Source of the DNA: Candidatus Terraquivivens tengchongensis
Lineage (GTDB): Archaea > Thermoproteota > Nitrososphaeria_A > Caldarchaeales > Wolframiiraptoraceae
Length of the DNA stretch: 64,000 nucleotides
Assembly (NCBI GenBank): GCA_023261845.1
Contig: JALNJZ010000006.1
Span: forward strand, 19,113 to 83,112
Direction: 5' to 3'
The notes under the pieces are model-generated. The model was not told the origin of the DNA. It worked only from the letters and a program-made list of their open reading frames with translations, and made no database searches. The position numbers were made by a program, and so were the translations under genes. The stretch's first letter is position 1. The number at the start of each line of letters is the position of its first letter. Below, piece after piece: positions 20,146-27,769 of this stretch.

Positions 20146-21780
20146 TTACTTTGATGCTTTGCTGAGCTCCTCTTCCCTCAAAAGCCTTCTATGAACCTTA
20201 CCCGCAGACGTCAGAGGCAGCTCCTTTCTGAACTCCACCTCCCTCACAAGCTTGTACGGCTCCAGTCTTTCCTTCAGGAAGTTGATCAGCTCGTCCGCCG
20301 TCAGCTGGGCTCCGTCCTTCAACACAACAAATGCTTTTGGCACCTCACCCGCAACCGGGTCGGGCTTGCCAACGACCGCGCAAAGCTTCACGGCTGGATG
20401 TTCGTATATGACATCTTCGACCTCCCTCGGGTATACTGAATAGCCTTTATGTTTGATGAGGTCCTTCTTCCTGTCGACGATGTAGAAGTATCCGTCTTCG
20501 TCCATCTTTGCCACGTCGCCCGTGTATAGCCAGCCGTCCCTCAGCACCTCCCTAGTCTCTTCGGGCCTCTTCCAGTAGCCTAGCATGACCTGCGGCCCCT
20601 TTATGACAAGCTCGCCTATCTCTCCGGGAGGTAACGTCTTGCTTCCAGTCTCAAGGTCAACTATCCTTGCATCTACATCAGGCCAGGGTAAGCCGATGGA
20701 GCCTATCTTGACGGATTTCATGCTGGGGTCAACCGGGTTTGTATGCGTTCCAGGTGAGCACTCTGTTAGACCATAGCCTTCCACGAGTACGCCACCTGTA
20801 AGCTGGATGAATTTTCTCTGAACTTCCGGTGGGAGTGGAGAGCCGCCAGATATACAACATCTTATTGACCTGAGGTTATAAGATTGCACCTCAGGTGATG
20901 CAACTATAAGCGCATACATCGTCGGCACGCCACAAAAAACTGTTACACCATAACTCTGAATTGTCTCCAAAACTTTCTTTACGTCAAACTTTTGAAGTAG
21001 AACGATCGTTCCGACAGTATAGATTGGCGCATTCATCGATGTCGTCATCCCGAATATATGGGAGAGTGGTAGCACCGTTAGAAAGACTTCTTTTGCAGGT
21101 CTACATCTTGTCCAGACCGAGAACGCTATAGCATTCGATACCATGTTGAAGTGCGTTAGCATTGCCCCTTTGGGTGTACCCGTCGTTCCTCCAGTATACT
21201 GGAGACAGGCAAGATCCCTCTTCGGATTTATCTCGACTTTTGGTGGTTCCGGAGAGTATTTCGATAACACCACGTCAAACCAATGGTAATTTCCTTCTGG
21301 GAGCTGGGGCGGTTTGTTTGTGTCACCACCTGTTACGAATATTCTCTTAACTTTGGTTGAAGATGCAACCTTAAGAAATGTAGGAAGTAAAGGCTCGTAA
21401 ACGACCAAGCTCTCAGCCTCAGAGTCGTTAAGCTGGAAGAGCAACGTGTTCTCACGTGCCAGCGGGCTTATGGTTGTCACCACACAACCAGCCTTAAGCG
21501 CACCATAGTATGCTATCAAGAACTGCGGCATGTTAGGTAAGAAAAGCGCAACCCTATCACCCCTGGCCGCATCCATGCTGATCAGCACATTTGCGAAGCG
21601 GGATGCTAATTCGTTCAGCTCACGATACGTCAACCTATACCCATTCTCGCCAGAAACGACCGCGATCTTTTCCGGATAGGCCGAGGCGGAGCGCTCCAAC
21701 AGACCATGAAGCGGCATCTCTGGATAATCTATAGACCTAGGTACGCCTTCGGGGTAGAACCTGTACCAGGGCCGATCCAT
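20146..21780 (-). CDS. AMP-dependent acyl-CoA synthetase/ligase
   Basis: AMP-binding motif YTGGTTGTPKGAMLTH. GYGLTE. C-terminal conserved Lys region. Confidence 0.85.
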   Translation of the reverse strand: MDRPWYRFYPEGVPRSIDYPEMPLHGLLERSASAYPEKIAVVSGENGYRLTYRELNELASRFANVLISMDAARGDRVALFLPNMPQFLIAYYGALKAGCVVTTISPLARENTLLFQLNDSEAESLVVYEPLLPTFLKVASSTKVKRIFVTGGDTNKPPQLPEGNYHWFDVVLSKYSPEPPKVEINPKRDLACLQYTGGTTGTPKGAMLTHFNMVSNAIAFSVWTRCRPAKEVFLTVLPLSHIFGMTTSMNAPIYTVGTIVLLQKFDVKKVLETIQSYGVTVFCGVPTMYALIVASPEVQSYNLRSIRCCISGGSPLPPEVQRKFIQLTGGVLVEGYGLTECSPGTHTNPVDPSMKSVKIGSIGLPWPDVDARIVDLETGSKTLPPGEIGELVIKGPQVMLGYWKRPEETREVLRDGWLYTGDVAKMDEDGYFYIVDRKKDLIKHKGYSVYPREVEDVIYEHPAVKLCAVVGKPDPVAGEVPKAFVVLKDGAQLTADELINFLKERLEPYKLVREVEFRKELPLTSAGKVHRRLLREEELSKASK

Positions 21781-21844
21781 TTTATTCTAAAAGAAAGAAT
21801 TAGCGCACTATATAAGCTTAAGACGGGGTCGCTTTTTTATCCCG

Positions 21845-21891
21845 AATTAGTTCAGCACCGCAGAAATTTTTTTCCAGCATGCTGAACTAAT
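21845..21891. promoter_or_regulatory. Perfect 13-bp inverted repeat (AATTAGTTCAGCA...TGCTGAACTAATT) upstream of the acyl-CoA synthetase gene, next to a TATA-like element (21810-21820)
   Basis: Read directly. The arms are 21845-21857 and 21879-21891. TTATATA lies about 32 nt upstream of the acs ATG on the minus strand. Confidence 0.3.
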
Positions 21892-22007
21892 TACTCTATA
21901 TACTCTAAGAACGAGTACCAATCAATACTTAATTATCAATTAGGGCGAGCATGGGTATAATGCAAATGCTTGGTTTAACTAAATCATAATCCTAAATGGG
22001 CATTTTG

Positions 22008-22490
22008 TTAATATTTGATGCTGATGTACAAAAGAACGACGAGTGCCGCAAATGTGAATAGGTCGGGCAATAATGCAAACGGTCCCAGACCGAACGGCCT
22101 AAACCCGCAAGCCCACATTATCAAAGGGTTAGAGGTAAGGGCGTATAGGAACAAGATTACCGAAAATATTATCAGCCCGACAGTAAACTCAGACCTAGTT
22201 TTTCTGTATATGTCAACGTACACTATCAGCAAGAAGATTAAAAGAGCTATGTTGACAGTTGAGACAACAGTCTTCGCTATGTAGAAAAACTCTATGTCTC
22301 CTGGGATGACGTACAGATGAAATCTAGGACGCCATGCAAGCTGGAAATACCAAAGCGTAGATGCCATCCACATAATAATCAACATTACAGCTATCACAAG
22401 AATTGGCAGAAGTATGAATAATAACCAAGCCGTAGATCTTTGGCTCATTTTATCATTCATTTGCATCACCCCCTTTTCTACTTTTTCCAA
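22008..22490 (-). CDS. Membrane protein, hypothetical
   Basis: 160 aa with four hydrophobic helices. Overlaps the upstream wHTH regulator gene by 13 nt. Confidence 0.5.
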   Translation of the reverse strand: MEKVEKGVMQMNDKMSQRSTAWLLFILLPILVIAVMLIIMWMASTLWYFQLAWRPRFHLYVIPGDIEFFYIAKTVVSTVNIALLIFLLIVYVDIYRKTRSEFTVGLIIFSVILFLYALTSNPLIMWACGFRPFGLGPFALLPDLFTFAALVVLLYISIKY

Positions 22491-22780
22491 ATTTTCCTCA
22501 CAATCTCTTCAAACAAGGCATAATTCTCCTCCATAATAGGGGATAAAAAATACGTAGTACCATAACCTTCTCCCGTAGACACTACCAAGTTGTTCCTTTC
22601 GAGGACCTCAAGGTGGTGCCTTATCGTTCTGTAGTCCATTTTGAGCCTATTCGCCAGCTGGTTCGCATTCTGCGGAGCTTCTTTTAATGTCATGAGTATC
22701 TTCGCTCTCGTCAATCCGCCTCTCGTGCCTGCAATCAACCAGCCGAGCAAATACTTCAGAGGGTGTGCTTCACCTGACAT
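22478..22780 (-). CDS. Winged-helix transcriptional regulator (ArsR/PadR-like)
   Basis: 100 aa. GGLTRAKILMTLKEAPQNANQLANRLKMDYRTIRHHLEVLERNNLV shows an HTH-plus-wing pattern. Confidence 0.55.
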   Translation of the reverse strand: MSGEAHPLKYLLGWLIAGTRGGLTRAKILMTLKEAPQNANQLANRLKMDYRTIRHHLEVLERNNLVVSTGEGYGTTYFLSPIMEENYALFEEIVRKIWKK

Positions 22781-22904
22781 TTATGCAATCCAGCTTTGGT
22801 TGAAGCTTACATCATCCTGATTATAAACATGCTCCCCATTTCTGAATTTGGAAATGAATTGGAGTTAATTTTGGAAAACGCTTTAATTCGAACGGGCCGT
22901 TAGC

Positions 22905-23411
22905 TTGGCGAAAGTGGAGGTGAAAAGTGTGGATAGGAAGAAGATGCTGATCGCCTCGCTGAGTATAGCTACCATAGCCGTAGCGGTTGCGATAATAGTG
23001 ACATACCCAACCGTCAGCGCCGCATCTCTTTTCATCGAACAGAACAATCCTCCAGCATGGAACAACGGAAACCTAGGAATTGTACCGAACGGATGGCCGC
23101 ATAAGATGATGCGCGGACAAGGATGCTTTGGATTCTTCGAGGTTAGCGAGGGGTTTAAAGACAAAGTACTCAGCATAGCCAAAAGCGACAAGGATGTGCA
23201 AAACCTGCTAAACGATGGGTACAGCGTTATTGGTGTAAGACCCATAGTGAAAGCCATAGTCGGGGATGATGGCAGTGTCACGATGAAGGCAACCGGAGCT
23301 ATCGTAGTGTTAAGCAAAGATTCAGCGAGAACGTTTGTGAAGGTTGATGTGGAAAATTCTAAAGTAACGGAGATTATAACCTTGACAAAGACGGTGATAA
23401 CGAAGCCTTAG
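22905..23411 (+). CDS. Secreted/membrane-anchored hypothetical protein
   Basis: N-terminal hydrophobic anchor (LIASLSIATIAVAVAIIV), then a beta-rich domain. Confidence 0.4.
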   Translation: MAKVEVKSVDRKKMLIASLSIATIAVAVAIIVTYPTVSAASLFIEQNNPPAWNNGNLGIVPNGWPHKMMRGQGCFGFFEVSEGFKDKVLSIAKSDKDVQNLLNDGYSVIGVRPIVKAIVGDDGSVTMKATGAIVVLSKDSARTFVKVDVENSKVTEIITLTKTVITKP

Positions 23412-23654
23412 AGATGCGTTTTTAACAAGTTCCTAAATTTTTTATGCTTATATAAACCTGGCCCTCAATAATGATGTGGGATGATGAGCAACGTCCGAGT
23501 TGATTTATGATACTCGACGGGCAGACTGACCTTATGTAATGAGTGACTTGTGCAGAATAATCGGTCTCAGAGCAAAAATCGCGGCATAGTTTATGTCAAA
23601 ACTTAAAAAATATTGGTGAATTTTACTTGACTCTGTATAAACTCATCTCAGGGT

Positions 23655-25268
23655 TCAATCATCTAGCAGTATTGCCTCAATCTCATCTACTCCGGATTCT
23701 TCTGCAAGCGGCATCCCAGTAGCTTTTGCCGCCCTCTCGCTCAACGCAAAGATATCATTTCTTGATATCAGGTATAGCTTGAATTTTCTCAAACCAGCGA
23801 GAAGTTGCTGCATCCCGATCTTAATCCTCTCCAAATAACTATAGACACCTAAGGCTCCACATGGAATCTTAGATACGTCTTGGACAACATTTTTCAATTC
23901 TGGTAATGCTGCGAAGAATTTTTCAGGAGTTTTGCCATAGTATTTCGTGAAGCTTTCTGGGATTTTCTCCTCCTTAGCTAATCTTGCAAAGTATTCTGCC
24001 TTCATCGCAGCGGTTAGCATTGCTCTACCTATTACCACGGCCTTAACGTATGGTTGGTCACCGAAGTTGCTCAAGGCTATTGCCTTCAATATCTGCGTTT
24101 CATTGATGAAACCTCCGGCCATAACTATGTCTGGGACGTACCTACCCTTCTTGCTCAAGATTTGTGCGCATTTTAGGACCAACGCTTCCAAGTAGACAGT
24201 TGGGATTCCCATCTCATCCATCATTGGGACTGGGCTCATCCCGGTTCCGCCCTCGCATCCGTCGAAGGTTATATAATCTATTTTTGCCTCAGATGCAAGC
24301 TTAAGTGTGTAAGCTGTCGCCGCAGGCCTATAGGCTCCGGTCTTCAGGCTTATGTACTTCGCTCCGGCTTCTCTTAGTTTATCTATGCCTTCTAAGAACT
24401 CTTCTTTTGTTGCCATCCCAACCCTACTGTGCCTCTCAAAACCGTGTATTTGGCCGTTCTTGAATGCCTCTTGGACTGCTGGATCCTCCGGATCCGGTAT
24501 GACAAGGTAGCCTCTTTTCTTCAACATTAAGGCCTTTTCCAGGTTGAAGACTCTGACCTCTCCGCCGATTGCCTTGGCTCCTTGTCCCCACTTTCTCTCG
24601 ATTATGTTAACCTCGAGTTTGCTTATACCATAAATGTCCACTCCGAGTCTCTCATCCTCGACATTTGTTTGGAGAGCTATGCCGCCGTACTTCCCATCCC
24701 AGAACTCCCTATATGCCTTAACTCTCTCTTCGAGAGCTGGTGATTTTGTAATCTTCCCACCGCTAATCACGGCATTTGGATCCATGCCTCCAACGTTCTC
24801 ACCTATTGTAACAACTATGCCGGACAAGGCAGCACCGGCTGCAATGCTCCTCCAATATGTAGCGGCAACATCTGTCGAGCCTAAGGCTCCGGTGATTACT
24901 GGCATCTTTAGCTTTATTCCGCCGACCTTCGCCTCCACGTCAACGTTTGGGAATAACGCACTATCAGGGTCGGGCACAATCCCTTCAGCTCCTCGAACTT
25001 CGCAGTGGAAGTTAAAGTGACTCCAATCAAGGCCGTAATCCTTGACTGCACCGGCCGTAGCATGTCCGAAGAGGAAAGGAGCCGGATATAGCGCTTCTCT
25101 TCCCCTAAAAGCCGAGAGGGATATTTCGCAGATAACCGGGCATTCATCGATGCAGAGAGGACACATTCCGGAAGTGGCTGCTGGATCTCTAACTCGAAGG
25201 GACGTCCAAGTCGTGGACTTTGAATTCAGATACCTTGAATCCATCATCTCGCCTCCAATTTTTTCCAA
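23655..25268 (-). CDS. Glutamate synthase large-chain FMN-binding domain-like protein (GltS domain 2 family)
   Basis: Collinear with the GOGAT FMN domain: GALGSTDVAATYWRSIAAGAALSGIVVTIGE, FDGCEGGTGMSP and IVMAGGF. Confidence 0.7.
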   Translation of the reverse strand: MEKIGGEMMDSRYLNSKSTTWTSLRVRDPAATSGMCPLCIDECPVICEISLSAFRGREALYPAPFLFGHATAGAVKDYGLDWSHFNFHCEVRGAEGIVPDPDSALFPNVDVEAKVGGIKLKMPVITGALGSTDVAATYWRSIAAGAALSGIVVTIGENVGGMDPNAVISGGKITKSPALEERVKAYREFWDGKYGGIALQTNVEDERLGVDIYGISKLEVNIIERKWGQGAKAIGGEVRVFNLEKALMLKKRGYLVIPDPEDPAVQEAFKNGQIHGFERHSRVGMATKEEFLEGIDKLREAGAKYISLKTGAYRPAATAYTLKLASEAKIDYITFDGCEGGTGMSPVPMMDEMGIPTVYLEALVLKCAQILSKKGRYVPDIVMAGGFINETQILKAIALSNFGDQPYVKAVVIGRAMLTAAMKAEYFARLAKEEKIPESFTKYYGKTPEKFFAALPELKNVVQDVSKIPCGALGVYSYLERIKIGMQQLLAGLRKFKLYLISRNDIFALSERAAKATGMPLAEESGVDEIEAILLDD

Positions 25269-25301
25269 AAACTTAAAAGCACTGTGTTATAAACTTCATT
25301 A

Positions 25302-25799
25302 TTAAGGCAATATCGTACGATTTTCGTAATTGCTGGCATTATTCTGATCCGTTATAGAGAATTTTTTAGTTCTTTCCCATGGTTCAATTCCACCGTCTAC
25401 CACTCTAAATACAGGATTAGCCTCCAATTCGTCGGTCGATAAATTTTTCAACTCACCAAATTTTTTCCTATCTCTCTTCTTAAGCTTAATCAGCAAGTGC
25501 ATAAACTCGAACTCAAGTTGCCCTCTAGTGACAGTTATCTCTCCTAACAAGATTATGGGCCTTATCTTTGACAGGTCGAACTTGTAGTTTCTGCGACTTG
25601 CTTCAAGATAAACCTGATATAGATATGCGTTTATTAGCTCCACCGGGTTCTTATACATCTTAAATCTCTCAAGCTGAGGGTGATTTGCATAACCCCGAGT
25701 GCACCCCTCTAAAACCTTCTTCGCTAAGAGCCCCTCCCTCCAAAGTGCGACCAAACCTTTCACGTCCAAGTATTTTGGATGAATGGACCACAACCTCAT
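25302..25799 (-). CDS. Pyrimidine-dimer DNA glycosylase (T4 endonuclease V / Pyr_excise family)
   Basis: N-terminus MRLWSIHPKYLDVKGLVALWREGLLAKKVL...NHPQLERF matches the family N-terminal block. Confidence 0.6.
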   Translation of the reverse strand: MRLWSIHPKYLDVKGLVALWREGLLAKKVLEGCTRGYANHPQLERFKMYKNPVELINAYLYQVYLEASRRNYKFDLSKIRPIILLGEITVTRGQLEFEFMHLLIKLKKRDRKKFGELKNLSTDELEANPVFRVVDGGIEPWERTKKFSITDQNNASNYENRTILP

Positions 25800-25885
25800 T
25801 CAAATCCACCGGCACAATCGCCCATGTTGACCTCCTTGATTCTGGTGCAACATAGCTCGCAAACGTTTTGCTTAGCCGTAATTTT

Positions 25886-26557
25886 CTATATAATTTTCAT
25901 AGGACCTGTGAGGAGTAGCAAGGATACGAAACCGACAAGCGGGACCGTTATGTTGTCATCTATTAAACCAAACTCAAACCTCTCTACGATGCTTGCGAGG
26001 GTTGCAGATATGAGGCCTGCGAAGTTAAAAATAGCAAATGCCATTGGCGCACATACTGCGAACATAGCTAAATTTCCCCACCATGACTTGGTCCTCTTTC
26101 GGTAGAGCAAATTCCTTACGATTCCTGTCACACCATCTCCAAAACTCATGAAGAGTATTGGGACTATGGCAATCCATATGTTATTGATTAAGAACCCGAT
26201 CATAATTACTAACCCCCACATCAATATGAAGTGAACCTCGTACATATTCTCTTTAACTTGGTACCAGTAAAACAACCTATTTTGCTTATGTGGTAAATAG
26301 TTGCCGATTGCTAGAAAAATTACCATAACACCTATGGGTATGAAGCTTTTGTATAGAAAGGGAACGAGGATTGCAATCAGCCCGCCGGTCAACATATGTA
26401 TGATCTTTCTGTTATAGTAGACGGCGACGTTATGTGTATATCCCCATGCGATGAATGCCTCGTAAGTTTTCTTGGTTAAGAAGAGGCTGACGAATAACAC
26501 CCAGCCCACAAGCACAAAACTGATTGCGATCTCTTCGAGTGTTGGTATGGGAAACAT
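25886..26557 (-). CDS. Polytopic membrane protein (possibly polyprenol/dolichol-kinase-like)
   Basis: 223 aa with six or seven TM helices and RKIIHMLTGG and FGDGVTGIV motifs. The functional call is weak. Confidence 0.4.
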   Translation of the reverse strand: MFPIPTLEEIAISFVLVGWVLFVSLFLTKKTYEAFIAWGYTHNVAVYYNRKIIHMLTGGLIAILVPFLYKSFIPIGVMVIFLAIGNYLPHKQNRLFYWYQVKENMYEVHFILMWGLVIMIGFLINNIWIAIVPILFMSFGDGVTGIVRNLLYRKRTKSWWGNLAMFAVCAPMAFAIFNFAGLISATLASIVERFEFGLIDDNITVPLVGFVSLLLLTGPMKII

Positions 26558-26687
26558 GAAGCTTAATGCTAATTTTAAAGATATATAATTTTCAAGGTCG
26601 CTCTAATCTATTCAGAAGCAGAATGCATCCTGAAGGAAACGCGAACTTCCGTCTAAAAGTGGGAGATTGTTAAACCTTTTTTAAGAT

Positions 26688-26993
26688 TTACCTATGTGTT
26701 GTCGCTTTTTTAATTGCCTCTATAGCCTGATCAACCGTTAACATAGGAACTACTTCAAAGTGAGCGTAGGGCATCCACGTAAGCAAGCGGGTGAAGAGTT
26801 CCGCTTCGTTTGCTGCTTCGCTAATTGTGTATCCGAAATCTCCACCTGCAGCCATTCCCCAGTCCTTCGTTACTCCAGCGTTCAAACTTGCTTTAACCAT
26901 ATCAAGCATTGAAAGCCAGACTTTAGCCCTTTGTTCAGCGTCAACTGGCACCTTAGTCGGCTCCAGCCACCATTTCACATAAAATTTGGTCAC
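26688..26993 (-). CDS. Small conserved hypothetical protein
   Basis: 101-aa ORF with good coding composition. Confidence 0.4.
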   Translation of the reverse strand: MTKFYVKWWLEPTKVPVDAEQRAKVWLSMLDMVKASLNAGVTKDWGMAAGGDFGYTISEAANEAELFTRLLTWMPYAHFEVVPMLTVDQAIEAIKKATTHR

Positions 26994-27145
26994 TTTATTT
27001 CACCTCCTTTTTTGTGGACTCCACTAACGAGTAAAGAAAACTTTCTTAGCGTTCGCTTTACAAGCCAGCAGAGCTTGTTTATTTGTAGAGGGCATCTTAG
27101 ATAAACCTTGCTGTTGGTCCTGAAATTCAGTAATACAGCCCAAGA

Positions 27146-27161
27146 TGCGGGGGTGGGATTT
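27146..27161. repeat. Distal att repeat copy of the integrated element (duplicate of the tRNA-Leu 3' end)
   Basis: TGCGGGGGTGGGATTT matches 38545-38561 (TGCGGGGGGTGGGATTT) at 16/17 with a one-G indel. That sequence is the 3' acceptor/T-stem region of the tRNA-Leu gene. Confidence 0.6.
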
Positions 27162-27358
27162 CAGCATTAATTTACCGGTAAATTATCTCTTATCTTCTTT
27201 GTCACCGTTTTTGGCGCTATCTCGATAAAATAACTTTTTCGGTAAAACATGCTCATAAAAGGTTACTATCCAAACGCTGAACTTATAGTTTTATGTTAAC
27301 CTTCTAGGTTTTGTCGGCTGTGGCCTGCATGCAAATTGATTATCTGGCGATCTAGATT

Positions 27359-27769
27359 TTGAAAAAATTTTTTAAAGATTTTGATGGTTTGTTTTTTAGG
27401 GTTGCTCGCAGGTATTTGGGTGGTGTTAGGGACGTGGATGTGGTTGTTATGGTTGATGATTTGACGCTTGTTGATGGAGATTCGCCTCTAGCCTATAAAG
27501 CGCCTGAGGGTAGCGAGTGGGGTAAACAGAAATTTTCCAGTGAGGTTTTGGAGAGGGCTAGGGCTGTTAATGAGAGGTTTTTGGAGAAGAAGCTTAGGAA
27601 TGGGCGGTATGGTGAGGTTTATTTGGCTATGGGGAAACAGTATGCCGCGGCCCTGCCAGACTTGGCAAAATACGGTGTGAAAGTGGTTTTTCCAACTAGC
27701 GGCGGACCCGGACCAAAAGCACAAGCACTAAAACAATGGATTTTGAGGGAAGAATCTAATGAGTTTTGA
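27359..27769 (+). CDS. Hypothetical protein, first cargo gene of the island (TTG start; start uncertain)
   Basis: 136-aa ORF with extreme G+T-rich composition. Ends 11 nt inside the MTase gene start. Contains VVFPTSGGPGP. No family recognised. Confidence 0.4.
   Translation: MKKFFKDFDGLFFRVARRYLGGVRDVDVVVMVDDLTLVDGDSPLAYKAPEGSEWGKQKFSSEVLERARAVNERFLEKKLRNGRYGEVYLAMGKQYAAALPDLAKYGVKVVFPTSGGPGPKAQALKQWILREESNEF

Noticed and set aside
27162-27182. TAATTTACC motif present next to both att repeat copies (27166-27176 and 38527-38536)
   Set aside because: It lies on opposite sides of the two repeat copies, so it does not extend the direct repeat. It is short and AT-rich and is probably coincidental.
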